Assembly: GCF_036971445.1 (NCBI RefSeq)
Contig: NC_091478.1
Location: 63,984,001-64,048,000, forward strand
Direction: 5' to 3'
Length of the DNA stretch: 64,000 nucleotides
From: Narcine bancroftii
Lineage: Eukaryota
This document shows positions 12,680 through 27,029 of the stretch, one piece after another. Position 1 is the first letter of the stretch. Each line of letters opens with the position of its first letter. Position numbers and translations under genes: made by a program. Below the pieces are notes generated by a model. That model searched no databases, was not told where the DNA came from, and saw nothing but the letters and a program-made list of their open reading frames with translations.

Positions 12680-13390
12680 AGCCATTTTTTGGCTACGACC
12701 AACGCGGGTACACCAAGACTGCTTGCTCAATTTACTATTCCCTGCACACGCATGACTGCATAGCCAAGTTCACCTCCAACGCAATCTACAAATTCACTGA
12801 CTACATCACAATTGCTTGCTGAATAACTGGAAATAATGAGTTAGAGTGCAGAATTTGCTTGGGTGGTGCCAGGACAATCTTGCTCTCAAAGGACCAAAGA
12901 ATATTGCTGGCTTTACGAAGGAGAAACCATGCACCCATCTGCTTTGATGGGATAGAGGTGGAGAGCATTAGAACTTTCAACTCACTGGGAGTACATATCT
13001 CAGAATACATATCCTCGAACTAACACAGAAGCAAGAGTGAAGACAGATTCTGAAGAGATGTGGAAAACTTGATCAAGCTTCCAAAGGTATGTGGTGGAAA
13101 GTATACCAATTGATTGCATCAATTCAAATGCACAGGAACACAGAAGGCAGCAAATCGAGCCAGGTCTATCACAGACTGACTGCCCATAAATTGCAGACAT
13201 CCATGATCACAAACTTTTCTCACTGCTGCTTTCAAGCAGAAGGTACAGAAGCCTGAAGAACAGCACTTCTAGGTTCAAGAATAGTCTCCTTCCAACAGCT
13301 CCCAGGCTTCAACCTCTCGTGACGCTAATCGTGGCCTGCTCCAATGCTACAAAAATGACTGTCTGCACTTTTGCAGTGTTTTTTTTTCCC
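12680..13390 (+). mobile_element. Decayed Rex1/Babar-like LINE
   Basis: Traces of LYTHDC.AK...IYKF.D, VE....FN.LGVHIS and the Rex-type 3' end (AGGTTCAAGAATAG..TTCCAACAGC). Confidence 0.65.
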
Positions 13391-14176
13391 CACTAGGATA
13401 ACTGATTTCACTGAACATTAATTTTTTTTCAATGTTTGCTTCCCTGAAAAAACAGGGATGATAGACAAATTCAAGATGAATACAAACATTTTCAGATTTG
13501 CTGTATCGCATAGGAAGTTGGAGAAACATTAAATTAACTTTTATTGAATTCGGCATGTTTAATTGCATAATGTACCCCTGAGCCAAGCTTAGGGTGAAAA
13601 GCCCAGGGTTTGTCTTGGTCATCAATGACACAACCGAAATAGAGTTCAGAGGCTTTCTTAATAAGTGCAGTCATGCTGCGTCTTTGAGCCTGAAGCGTAT
13701 ACTCGCCACAAATGTAACAGAATGTATCGCAGTTGTTGCAACATTGATGAGACATTTCTGCTGTAATGAATCTTCCTGAAGATCATAAAAGCTATTGTTA
13801 GGTACACTCACTTATGTTATTGCCTGAAGAACATGTGCATCAACACGTGTTCAATGTAATGGACAGCATCTGTAAATGTGAGCTGCTTTTATAGCCTGTC
13901 TGCATCTATCTTGACTGAGCATGCCCAGACCTAAGAATTTGCATAGCACCTGCTGTGAGTGCATGCCCAGGAATACTTTGACTGACCAAAACAGCTTGCA
14001 TTGTGGGCAAAATACTGGTAGACTTAAAATTCGTCAGGAAATCACAAACTAGGTTTTATCTAAAAAAAAAGCAGTAGGCAATAGGAAAATTTTAAGGTAA
14101 TTTTCATGATCAGCTGCCCAAAATCTCTAAAATGCACCCAAATGTGCTCAGGAAGCAAAATCCTCATTGTCCAATG
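13391..14176 (-). mobile_element. Chapaev3-like (CMC) DNA transposon, internally deleted
   Basis: ORF 13534-13755 encodes FCYICGEYT...KKASELYFGC..DDQDKPWA, the Chapaev3-type N-terminal Cys motif; ends CACTAGGATAAC / TTGTCCAATG are decayed CACT-type TIRs. Confidence 0.7.
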
Positions 14177-14200
14177 TTACTTGTCTTTTTAATTCAAAGG

Positions 14201-14232
14201 GGTGTGTGTGTGTGTGTGTGTGTGCGTGTATG
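14201..14232. repeat. (GT)n microsatellite
   Basis: Direct GT run. Confidence 0.9.
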
Positions 14233-14870
14233 TAAAAAAATTAAGAATGTAATGTATTCAGCCGCAGCAAGAATTTGTGAATGTCTAATCTCAAGCTAGG
14301 TAACATTCAGTCAGAAAGACAAATGGCATCAGAACATGCAGTGTTCTCATCAAAATACCCAAAATTCTGACAATGGATACAATAGCCCATTTTCTCACTC
14401 TGTAGCATTTACAACTTGGAGATCATTACAGGAAAAGAGTCTGCCTTTTAGTCTCTTTATCTAGAGGAATACAAATCTTTGAATTGTCTGCCTTAGTGGA
14501 ATCCAGCTGGTTCATTGTTGGACTTGTTCAAAATCAAGATGACTCCAGGAGAGAATCAAGGAATAGTGGATAATGTACAATATTAGTCACAATCTTATTG
14601 AACAGTAGTGTATGTGCAATGGGTTATACACCAATTTCTGGTTTTATTTCCTTTGTGACAGATTTAGGGCAAGGATATTTATCTCATTCATCCTCTCATG
14701 ATTGGGTTGCAAAATTCAGTTTAAAAAAAATCACCACTACCTAGCCTCATAATCCCCAAGTTATAAATCTGTGCATTTATTACATTAGGGTAAATGCGAA
14801 GATTTAAAGAGCGACAAGTAAAAACCCAACAGAGTCAAAAAGGCCCTACCAGTGTCCAAGCACACACTCA

Positions 14871-15071
<201 letters not shown>

Positions 15072-15439
15072 TTATTCTTTGTATGCCTGCAACCTGCTGT
15101 TACTTATGCTTGATAAGTCAAATGTAACAAGGGACAGTGCTTTTTGTCTATAATTCAATACTCCTCTGCCCCACTGACCACCATTTCACCCTGCCCATCC
15201 CATTCATGCAGCAACACTTCTTACCATTCCAAATTTTTCCAACATTCTGGGCAGTCACTGGTCAGGGATTCTGACAAGTAGATACAAAATGTGTTTTTAC
15301 AACTAGATAGAAATTATTCTTTGAGCTTTATGAAACTGCTTTGCAGCAAAAGATTACGAGGATTCTTCAAGTATTTTGGATTTGCATGCAAATCATGTAG
15401 TCTGCGAATCTAAATAGGCCAAGTAAAATTAAAGCTTCG

Positions 15440-15980
15440 AAGTTGGGGCTTCAAAGTTTGAAGAATCAATAACTCCAGTGACCTGACCTGGAACAAGCAC
15501 ATTGTTGTGATGTTTGACACGTCCCTCTTGCCTTCAATTTTTATGGCTGCACAATTGAAAACATACTGTTGGATGCTTCATAGCATAGTATGGGAACTGC
15601 TTGGTTCAAGATCAGAATGATACAAACTTCTCTCCCATGTATGAATGCCACCTCATCTCCCACTGCCTGGGAAAGGCAGCCGTGAATGACCCGTTACACT
15701 CTTCTCCCTCCTCCCCTTGTAAAGAAAACTTATGAGTGTGAAAACATACAACAGACTTAAAGACAGTTTCTTCCAGCAGTCATCAGGCTCCAAAATGAAC
15801 ACCACAACAGAGCTCTCATGCTGCCCTTATTTGGTGCTAATTAATTTTTTTTAAAATACAATCTATAACTCCAATTGTGCTGTTTACATGACTGGATGAA
15901 TGCTAGAGATAACCTGTTAGCATGCTTACAGAAGAACCCTTTTCACTGTACTACATATTTATGATAAACAAGCTTGAGTA
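15440..15980 (+). mobile_element. Decayed Rex1/Babar-like LINE 3' part
   Basis: GACCTGACCTGG...GCATAGTATGGGAACTGC...ACAGTTTCTTCCAGCAGTCATCAGGCTC as in the other Rex copies. Confidence 0.5.
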
Positions 15981-16057
15981 TGATAAGGTGATGAAGGAAC
16001 CTTTATTCGTCTGCTTAACATGCAAGCAGATTTTGAGGATTTTGCGGAGAAAGTGTT

Positions 16058-19000
16058 TTTTTTTAAATTTTTTATTTTTCACACCATAAATCACAATAGC
16101 CATGATATACACTTTTTCTTTTTCACACATTTACAGTGACTTTTTCTCCCTCCCCCCCCCCCCTCCTCCCAAGCCACCCCCCCACCCCTCATCCATTTTA
16201 GGTATACAATCTAGGTTGCATTAATTCAGTCAGACAATGTTGTCATTCAACAAAAATACACCAGAAATTCTACAGAGTCCATTCTTTTCTTTCCTTCTCC
16301 TTCCATCAACTTAGGTAATGTTTGTCCCCGGTAGGTTTTCGCTGTTGTATTTAATGTAAGGCTCCAATACTTGTTCGAATATTTCAATATTATTTCTTAA
16401 ACTATATGTTATTTTTTCTAATGGAATACATTTATTCATTTCTATATACCATTGTTGTATTTTCAAATTATCTTCCAATTTCCAGGTTGACATAATACAT
16501 TTTTTTGCTACGGCTAGGGCTATCTTAACAAATCTTTTTTGTGCATCCTCCAAATCAATTCCAAATTCTTTGTTTTTTATGTTACTTAGGAGAAAGATCT
16601 CTGGATTCTTTGGTATATTGTTTTCTGTTATTTTATTTAATATCTGATTGAGATCATCCCAAAATTTTTCTACTCTCTCACATGTCCAGATTGCATGAAT
16701 TGTTGTTCCCATTTCTTTTTTTACATCGAAAACATCTATCAGATACTGTTGGGTCCCATTTATTTAACTTTTGCAGTGTAATGTATAGTCTGTGTAACCA
16801 ATTATATTGTATCATACGTAGCCTCGTATTTATTGTATTTCTCATCGTTCCAGAACATAATTTCTCCCATGTTTCCTTTTTTATCTTTATATTTAAATCT
16901 TGTTCCCATTTTTGTTTAGTTTTACCATTTGTTTCCTCATTCTCCTTTTCTTGCAGTTTAATATACATATTTGTTATAAATCTTTTGATTAACATTGTAT
17001 CTGTAATCACATATTCAAGGTTACTTCCCTCTGGTAAACTCAGATTGCTTCCTAATTTATCCTTCAAGTAGGATCTCAGTTGGTAATATGCCAGCGCTGT
17101 ATCTCCAGTTATCTTGTACTTATCTCTCATTTGTTCAAAGGATAAGAATCTACTTCCTGAAAAACAATTTTCTATTCTTTTAATCCATTTTTTTCCCCAT
17201 TCTCTAAAGGAAAGGTTGTCTATTGTAAAAGGGAGTATCTTATTTTGCGTCAATATTAGTTTTGGTAATTGATAATTTGTTTTATTTCTTTCTACATGGA
17301 TCTTCTTCCAAATATTGAGGAGATGATGTAATACTGGAGAAGTTCTATGTTGTACCAATTTTTCGTCCCATTTATATAATATGTGTTCAGGTATCTTTTC
17401 CCCTATTTTATCTAATTCTAATCTCGTCCAGTCTGGTTTTTCCCTTGTTTGATAAAAATCTGATAGGTATCTTAATTGTGCGGCTCTATAATAATTTTTA
17501 AAGTTTGGCAATTGTAAGCCTCCTTGTTTATACCATTCTGTCAATTTATCTAGTGCTATCCTCGGTTTCCCCCCCTCCATAAAAATTTCCTTATTATTTT
17601 CTTTAACTCTTGGAAGAATTTTTCTGTCAGTTGTATTGGCAGTGCCTGAAATAAGTATAATATCCTTGGAAAAATGTTCATTTTAATACAGTTTATCCTT
17701 CCTATCAGTGTTAGTGGTAGATCTTTCCAATGCTCTAAATCGTCCTGTAATTTTTTCATTAGTGGATTATAATTGAGTTTATATAATTGGCCTAGATTTT
17801 TGTTTATTTGTACACCTAGGTATCTTATTGCCTGCATTTGCCATCTGAATGGAGATTCCTTCTTAAATTTTGAGAAATCCGCATTATTCATAGGCATTGC
17901 TTCACTTTTATTTACGTTGATCTTGTAACCCGACACTTCTCCATATTCCTTCAATTTCTTATGTAATTCTTTTATTGATAGTTCTGGTTCTGTTAAGTAC
18001 ACAATAACATCATCCGCAAATAGACTGATTTTATATTCCCTGTCTTTTATTTTTATTCCTTTTATATTATTATCTATTCTTATCAATTCTGCTAGTGGTT
18101 CTATAGCTAGGGCAAACAATAAAGGTGATAGTGGGCATCCCTGCCGCGTTGACCTGCTTATTTAAATTGCTTTGATACATGTCCATTTACTGTCACTTTC
18201 GCTAACGGTCCCTTATATAATGCTTTAATCCAATTAATATACTTCTCCGGTAAACTGAATTTTTGCAATACTTTGAACAAATAATTCCATTCTACTCTGT
18301 CGAAGGCCTTCTCTGCGTCTAAAGCAACTGCTACTGCAGGTGCTTTATTTCCTTCTACTGCATGAATTAAGTTAATAAATTTACAAATATTGTCTGTTGT
18401 ACGTCTTTTTTTGATAAATGCAGTTTGGTCTAAATTTACCATTTTCGGTACCTGTTCTGCTAATCTGTTTGCTAATAGTTTAGCTATTATCTTATAGTCT
18501 GTGTTTAGCAAAGATATTGGTCTATATGATGCTGGTAAGAGTGGATCTTTCCCTTGTTTTAGTATTACTGTAATTATTGCTGTTTTACATGAATCTGGTA
18601 AGCTTTGTGTTTCATCAATCTGGTTGATTACATCCAGGAGGGGCGGTATTAATAAGTCTTTAAATGTTTTGTAGAATTCTATTGGAAATCCATCCTCTCC
18701 TGGTGTCTTATTATTTGGTAATTTTTTTATTATCTCTTGTATTTCTACTATTCCAAATGGTTCTGTTAATTTATTTTGTTCCTCTATTTGTAGTTTTGGT
18801 AGTTCAATTTTAGTCAAAAACTCCTCTATTTTCCCTTCTTTCCCTTCGTTTTCAGTTTGGTATAATTGTTCATAGAATTCTCTAAAGTTTTCCTTGATCT
18901 CCGTTGGATTATATGTGATTTGTTTGTCTTTTTTCCTTGTTGCCAATACCATTTTCTTAGCTTGTTCTGTCTTAAGCTGCCATGCTAAGATTTTGTGTGT

Positions 19001-19324
19001 TTTTTCACCTAGTTCATAATATTTCTGTTTTGTCTTCATTATATTCTTCTCCACCTTATATGTTTGTAATGTTTCATATTTTATTTTTTTATCCGCCAAT
19101 TCTCTTCTTTTAGTTGTATCTTCCTTCATTGCTAATTTTTTTTCTATGTTTACTATTTCCCTTTCCAACTGCTCTGTTTCCTGATTGTAGTCCTTCTTCA
19201 TCTTGGTTACATAACTTATTATTTGCCCTCTGATGAATGCTTTCATTGCGTCCCATAGTATAAACTTATCTTCCACTGATTCCGTATTTACTTCAAAATA
19301 CATTTTTAATTGTTTTTCAATAAA
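16058..19324 (-). mobile_element. Young 5'-truncated L1-clade LINE (ORF2 RT to C-terminus)
   Basis: YRPISLLN, LDAEKAFDRV, RQGCPLSP, LFADD, YLG and CFRC..H..W.C motifs over four frames (three frameshifts). AATAAA and poly(A) at the 16058 end. 16-bp TSD TTGCGGAGAA(A/G)GTGTT at 16042-16057 and 19325-19340. Confidence 0.95.
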
Positions 19325-20464
19325 TTGCGGAGAAGGTGTTGATGACCTATTGTGAATGTATCTGAGGTATTTGCTGCAGTTTGTGCATGAAACATGGGCA
19401 GATGTCAATTTACCAGGTTTGATGTCTTCACCGGTCAAACATTTTCCCCATTCAAAAGTTATGCAGAGCAATTTCACAACATTTGCTGGGAGATGGGTCC
19501 ACAGTATTTAGAAAGGACCACAGTTAGCATAGATGAAGCAGGTGGGTAGAGGAACTTTCTTCAGCACTTTGATAAACGTGTCAATGAATTGGAGTTCAGC
19601 TCCAAACATGCAAGCATCATCTATGTCAAACAATCTGAGCATCCTTTGTTCTGGAGTGGAGATACCATCCTGTGTTGATAAAGTGATTGAAAAGGCCTTC
19701 AAAGCACTTGATATGCAAGGAACTTGTAAGAAATTAAGAACTTCAAGCAACAAATTCATTTTTATAAGAGGACCATGATCAGAAGCCATGATCACAATCT
19801 TTTTCAAGTGGATTATTTGCTGTGACTAACAGCCACACCCTGAATAACAATGTGGATATTTTCAAAGGAGGAATGGACAGAAGAACTTTATGAAATCCAA
19901 CATCTGTCAGCTGAGACAGTCTGGAGAATCCTTAAATTTGACTACTTGCACAGCATCAAATACATCTGCTACTCAAAGTCATGCAAGACATGAATCTAAC
20001 TAAAAGAGTTACCAAAGATCCAAGCCTAGTGAAAAGGGGCATCAAAGAAAGCAGTCATTTTTCCAATTCTTTTCCCAATCTTTCTCAACACAATATTACC
20101 CCTCACCTTCCACTTGCTTCCTACCATTGGAGAGCTCTACCAGATAAAAGGGAAACTACTTAACACTTCCAATCCAGTAGACTAAAACGAGACAAAATCT
20201 CCTATACATTGGCTATAAAATATCTGCACTATCTTTCAGTGCAAATTCCTGAAAGTGGAGTCAAGAGATTGCAGATTCCTGAATGCATTTTTATTTTGGC
20301 TCGTGCAGAAAGTTACATTTTAAAAGTCCAAAAGACTTAAGATTTCCAAAAATTTGAAGGCAGATTCTGGCCATTTTGACTCCAGACAATTCTGACATTT
20401 TTTTTTAAAAATACACATGATTGATCTTGAAAAGCTATTTGTATTTCTAAAAGTTATTTATATA

Positions 20465-20770
20465 CCCCCTTGCAAAATCTCAAGGCACTTCACTACCAAT
20501 AATTACATTTGAAGTCCTATGGCAATATAGAAAGTATAGCAAACAATGTACACGCAGCAATGTGACAATTAACAGATAACTTGCTTTATTATATTGGTGG
20601 AAAGATATGTATTGTACATGGACCAGAGCACCTGGAAGAACATCGAAACCTTTTTTTAAATTTTGCTATATAACCTTAGACCCAAGGAAAGAGAAAAACT
20701 TTGCACTTGCACCTCAATTCTGGTTTCCTTTCCATACATTTGCTTCACTAGAATACAGTACTGATTCATG
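20465..20770 (-). mobile_element. DeuSINE (SacSINE1/AmnSINE1-like) remnant
   Basis: TCTCAAGGCACTTCAC..CCAAT...TTTGAAGT...CAGCAATGTGA..AT.A.CAGATAA resembles the recalled antisense consensus; colinear with 60720-61080. Confidence 0.5.
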
Positions 20771-23267
20771 GAAATGCAAGGTTTGTCATGAGATTAATTT
20801 GGCTAGTATTCTTTTTTTCAGCTCAAAGAGTGACTTCATTGAAACATACAAAGTTCCAAAAAGTTCAACAAGATAGATAGATGGAGGTGCTTCTGCTGTC
20901 TGAAGAATCTAAAACTAGATTGGAAGGGGAAGGGGTACAATATCAAAAGAGGCAAACCATTTTGTAATGAGATAAACAGAAATCTATTCACTTATTGGTA
21001 AACTTCAGTCATTAATTTAACAGAACAGAATGAAAGATTTATGGATAATGTTGGAATAGAGGGATTATGTATATAGGCAAGAAAAATGGTGGAGGTAGAT
21101 TAGCCATAATCTATCTGAAGGGCAGAACTGGCTCGAGTTTGCTGATTTAGCCAAACCACTTCCATTTCTTGTAATCTTCAGAATAATGGCAGCTCTCAGT
21201 ATCAGCCAAGATTTTGAGTCAAGGAATTAAACCCTAACCTAAGGCAAGAATTTTATAAAACATGCAAATTACATCTATGAAATGTATTTTTTTTTAAATC
21301 AATTTATTGGGCAATCAAATATACATGTCACCAAGGAATTTGTTCCAACAATCGCACTGACTAACAACATTGAGAATTACATTGGCAGATTATTTTCCAG
21401 CTCAATGTCTGGCCTGCATATTCAGGCTTCCCTACATATTAGCCAATGGCTATTATCTCTCATTTGGTTTCAAATGACATTTACTGTATTGGTCATTAGT
21501 ATCTGATGAGCAGACAGAGTTAGCTGTGGACTTGTAGCAGTAAAAAGAAACCAAGGGGAAAGGATTGTCTGGGTTTTAATTTATAAAAAATGTAAATCTC
21601 CTTGGAAAACATTATTAATGCTCAAATTGACAGGTTTGTGATGACAATTATGTGGCAAAGTTGTTAATTGTTATTCATTTCTGGTTTATTTTCACTACTC
21701 TCCTGTCTGTCTCACCTGAATAAAGATACATTATTTATAGTGGGTATTCTAGAGAATTTCAGAAATGTAAAATGACATGGAACTGATACAGATGATCATT
21801 TTACTCTTTAAAGCCTGGATATTTCAAGAAACTATGTATCCCTCAACTATTTTCACCATGACAACATAAACAGGAGGGACTAGTCCAACATGATCTATTC
21901 CAACCATTCATAGAGAATCCGAAGAATCACCAATGTCAGAAAACGTTGCCTTTCCTAGTGCAATGACACATTTTTGATAAGATCTCGGACAGCTGAATGA
22001 ACTCCATAATTAGCATTGTGCTAAGGATGTCAAAGAGGAAAATTTCAAGACTCAAATTTGTGAATGCTACTCTGACCACTGCCCATAGATACAAGCAAAC
22101 TGGAGATTATAATTTCTTCTATCAAATGATCACAAACGCCATCTATAACAAAGATAAATGATTCTTGGAATTGATACTCTGGAATTGCTAATTCCAATAA
22201 CCACAACTAAATTAGGCAGGGCCTTCAGGAGAAAGCAAAAAAGTGAGAGAAAAAAATGTGGCTGTAAATGCATTGATGGTAGTGTATTAGTTTTGGTAGT
22301 AGGAAAGAGAAAGGAGAATGTCTGCATTGTTTACAGAAGATATTAAAAATAAAACACTTTTAAAAAGCTCCTTACAGATGAAATTGAAAAAAAAGTATTA
22401 CAGTCACAGACATGACACTGGAAAGTACTTGTGATTGCCAGATCCTCAAAGCACACAGCCATCATAAAGCAAAGGCCAACTAATAAATTCACTCACTGCT
22501 TTGTGAATAAGTGACTGCAGACACTACTTTGCAAGCACAAAACTACACAAAGCAATGCTGCATTAATTTCAAGTCAATTAATGGAATGGCCCCCACATGA
22601 TTGAAGTAACTATCCTCAATAGTCTCAATACTCCAAATTGGTTTGGTAGAACAATGCTTTTAAATTAACCATTTCATCTCAATCTCAAGACTACAAGATC
22701 TTGATCCAATATGATCAAAATTAATTCTTAGTTACTTAATTTTAACATTTAATGAGTGAAGGCAAATTTGCTTTTGTAAAGAAACCTAAACTCTGCAAAT
22801 AATTCCAGGATCTTTCAAAGATTTAAAAAAAATACAAAAATTGTCATCATTCTAATATTAGGACAAATGACTGAAAACTTTGACATAGGCATGTTTTAAA
22901 TAGGACCCTGAAAGTGGAAATGCTTAGGAATGAAAGTCTACAGTGCTAGGCAAAGATGCAGAGTTCTCCAATGGATGAAAGGCAAGATAAGATCATATAA
23001 AAAGAGGATATGAAGAGGCAAATGAGAATTCTAATATCATGCTGCTGGTTAATCACGAATCAAAGTTCAAATCTATTGTCACAGTACATACATGACATCA
23101 CTTATAATCCTGAGGGTAGTGCAAAAAATCTGTGCTCAAGAAAGATTCATTTACAAAAGAGAGAAATGTAAATAAAGAGTAAAATGTAAAAAAGACTGCA
23201 ATTCAGAAAATAAATATTTAATGATAAATAATGTGCAAAGAGTTCTTAAATAAGTCTGAGTTTGTTT

Positions 23268-23389
23268 TTTTTTAAAAATAGCTTATTTAAAATTTTTGAC
23301 CATACATGCAGTCAATTACAAAATTAAAAAATACAAGTACAAAAGTAAATCCAATATTTACTCCATGATGATTGGACCCCATCCCCCCA
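23268..23389 (-). mobile_element. Very short poly(A)-tailed retro-insertion (probably an L1 3' UTR stub)
   Basis: 10-bp TSD GAGTTTGTTT (23258-23267 and 23390-23399); poly-T at the left end. Confidence 0.7.
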
Positions 23390-24000
23390 GAGTTTGTTTA
23401 GGATCTGATGGTGTAGCCATAGCAACTGTTCTTGAACCTGGTGGTACGAGTCTCGTGGCACCTATACCTCTTTCCTGATAGCAGAACATGGGTGGTGTGG
23501 ATCCTTGATGATCGCTGCTGTTCTCAGACAACAGTGTTTCATGTAGATTTTTCTAGATAGTGGGGAGAATTTTGGCTGCCCACTAACTTTTACAGGGCTC
23601 TCCGCTCGGAGGTATTGATGCTCTCATACCAGGCCATGATGCAGCCGGCCAGCATACTCTCCCCTACACTTTCCTGAGGTTTGCCAAGGTTTACAAAGTC
23701 ATTGCAAGCATTTGCAAACTCCTGAGAAAGTAGAGGTGCTGATGTGCTTTCTTCAGGATGATATTTCTGTTGAATCCAGGAAAGGTGCTCAGAGATGGCA
23801 ACTACCAGGAATTTAAATTTTCTCACCCTCCCCACCTCTCCAATGATGGCTAGATCGTACACCTTTGATTTTTCCCTCCTATCATCCACAATTGGCTCCT
23901 TGCCTTTGCAGATATTGAGTGCAAGCTTGTTGTTAGTGCACCATTCGACCTCCTGTATGTTGACTCATCGCCCTTTTCTCAACCCACCACTATGGTATCG

Positions 24001-24186
24001 CCACCCAATTAACCTACAACCACCTGATTATTTTTAACTGTGGGAGAAACCAGAGCCAGAAACCAGGGAAAACCCATGCAGACATGGAGAGAACGTACCA
24101 ACTCCTTAAAGACAGCACGGGATTCAAACCCCAGTCCCAATTGCTAGAACAGCATTGCGCTAACCACTACATTAACCGTGCCATCC
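24001..24186 (-). mobile_element. V-SINE inserted into a Rex1-like LINE
   Basis: Same V-domain; interrupts the LINE remnant at 23060-25230. Confidence 0.75.
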
Positions 24187-27029
24187 AAGTTTGTAGATGG
24201 TGTTATTGTCGAACCAAGCCACAATAGGCGTAAAGAGAGTAAAGCAGGGGGCTAAGAATGCAGCCCTGTGGTGTTCCAGTACTGATGGAGATTGTGGAGA
24301 TGTTCTTACCAATCCTCAATGATTGTGGTGTGTAGGTGAGGAAATCCAGGATCCAATTACAGTCAGGGATGGAGTTTGCTGATCAGTTTTGAAGTGATAA
24401 TGGTGATGAATGCCGAACTGTAATTGATAAAGAGCATCACATTGTATGTATCTTTGCTGTCCGGGTGTTCCTGGGCTTTGTGTAGTCAGTGATATGGCAT
24501 CTGCCATAGACCTATTGTTGCAGGAGGCTATGGAATAGCTGTATATCGCCACTCAGACAGGAGCAGATCTGCTTCAACACCAGTTCCTCAAAAGAAAAAA
24601 ACATCCCCAGTGGTTGTGAGTGCCACTGGTTAGTAGTCATTTAGGCAGGTTACCACATTTTTCTTAGGCACAGGAACGACTGGGACCTATTTGAAATAGG
24701 TAGAGAGCCCACACTGCCAGAGGGAAATGTTGAAGATATCTGTTAAATCACTGGCAAGCTGGTCAGCACAGGTTTACTAGTCTTGGCCAGGTACTCTATC
24801 CGGACTGGATGCTTTGTTTTCCTGAAGGCAGCCTGCATGTTATCCTCTAGTACTGACAGTAGAGGATCATCAATGTGGTGCAGTGGCTCTTCCTTATTCC
24901 GGTCAAATCAGGCATAGAGTTTATCTGGGAGTGAAGATTTGCTGTTTCACATTGCACCAGATTTGATTTTGTAGCAGGTTATGTCATTTAGGCCCTGCCA
25001 TGCTGTCAGATATCCTTTGTCGTTTCCATTCTCATCTGGAATCTCCATTTCACCCTGGAGGTCATACCTGCTCCCTGCAAAGTGTTCTGGATCTCTGGAT
25101 TTAAATGCCTGTGATCTAGCTCTCAGGAGATTTCTGGATTTCATTGTTCATCCATTTGGGAAAAACCTTGAAAGATTTGATGGAGACACAGTCATCCACA
25201 GTTGTTTTGATAAAGTCTGCAACGACCCTAGAGTACTTCAGGTCAACAAGCATCGAATGACAGGAAAGTTAGATGGTAAATGTTAAGGTAAAGATTTTGA
25301 TATGCTCAAGTTTATGAGGAGCAGAAGAATCCAGTCAAAACAACCTAATACACAACCTAATTCATAACAGATTTGGATGACATACCAGAAGAACAGGAGC
25401 AAACAGCCTGCACTGGCACAGGAAAAACTGGACAAAATAGAGTTTTCAACTTATTTGACCTGAGGAATGGCAAATGAAAACGGATGAGAGGCATTACAGT
25501 TTTGACATTAACGTGTGCATCATGTTTCTTTCATCAACTTCAATATTCCAGATTTTAGGTATCCCAATAACAGGATTTTAAAATATATTATGTGGTCTCG
25601 TTTGTGTCTGCAATTGCACAACAGCAGTTTTTTTTAAAACAGCAAATAACCCACAAATAAAACCTGCATCCCCCTTCCTCCTTAGAACAGGGAAGATCAA
25701 CCTTTCACTTTACACAGGAGGATATAGGACATTGGTATTGCCTAGAAATACCTCTATTATTTTGTTAAATTTACTAAACATGATATTGCTTCCAAATGTA
25801 AACTAGGGTGCCCAGTTTATCCAACAATCCAGCTGATACAAGTAATCAAGTAAAAGATAGGAAATAAATGTTACAAAAAAGTTTTTAAAATAAAGTTGCG
25901 TGGAGCCTAAATTGGCCTTTTGTCCAATAATTCATTGGTTGGCAGTAGGGTTTAAAATTTTGTCCATAGGACCTGGATAATTCTGCAATCCACAGATGTT
26001 TCTGTACTATTGAGTTTATTAATATGTTACTTCAGCATGTTTGTGTATTTATTAAAAATTTATTGTAACCTTGTTTTTCTGCAATTATTTACCATAATCA
26101 TATTGCCTGTGCCAGTATTTGCTGTTCATCTACCATGAAATATCTCAATTCATTATTCCTGTTCCAGCTAGTGTCCACACCCAAGGCTTTCAATTTTAAT
26201 AAATAACATTAACAATAACATCTGATTTATGGACATTCTGCCTCTAATGTCCAATTCATTTTGTTTGTATTTATTACAGACACTGTGACAATAAATGTTA
26301 CTGGAGCATGAGATTGCATCACACCCTCCCTAGCTACAGCTGTTCAGCAGTTGTGGTTTTAGAAAGTAGGAACTCTATAGGGGAATTACTCTGAATACAT
26401 TTTATAAATTCCCTCATGAGTGCTTTCTGTTGTTCAGGGTGCCATCTTGAGGCTTCCTTACAAACTATAGTGCCATGAGGCCACATCAAGAGTCTATGCA
26501 CACCATTTAGATACACAAGAAACAAAAAAATTTAATATGTGCTACAAGGATCACTCAATTAATGTTGAGCTTGCTCTGTCATCAAGGTCATGACTGATCT
26601 TCCATCAGCGCAGCATTTTCCAGCACCGTCCCATATCCCTTGTCTTCCTTCATGACCAAAATCTACTTTGAACAAACACTTTTTAAATGATAGCAAACCA
26701 TGAACCCAATTTTTTTAAAATTTCTTGCTCCACAAATGCCACTGAACTGCTGGAGATTTCCATTTAATTTCAGACTTCCCAACATTTAACATTCTTTTCA
26801 GCGTTCTGCTTTTACTGCTTTTAAGCAGAATTGGTACAAAAGACCATTTTTAAACCATATTATCAAACTTAATCCGACAAGACTGTACCCAAGTAAATAA
26901 TTGAATTAGAAGAGCATTTAGTTCAATTTAGCATTAAAGTGGAACATCAGCTAATATTTTAGTATCTGTCAGTAGGAGCTCACAAACATTCAGGTACAAA
27001 GGAAATGACATGGTGAGGAATATAAACAA

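Larger units (their letters stand above)
23060..25230 (-). mobile_element. Rex1/Babar-like LINE, decayed
   Basis: ORF pieces VRKFKFLVVAISEHLSW, ESMLAGCIMAWY and NRSMADAISL; 3' end (TGACAATA..TTTGAA) near 23065. Confidence 0.8.

Noticed and set aside
19325-19477. N-terminal 50 residues of the 439-aa L1 ORF
   Set aside because: They lie outside the TSD and are read-in from flanking DNA, not part of ORF2.
19341-20160. Coding-like stretch, possibly a decayed RTE-type LINE
   Set aside because: Only vague traces (IEKAFKAL); no motif strong enough to call.
21300-22620. Repeat-poor intronic stretch that might hold conserved enhancers
   Set aside because: Cannot be supported without cross-species alignment.
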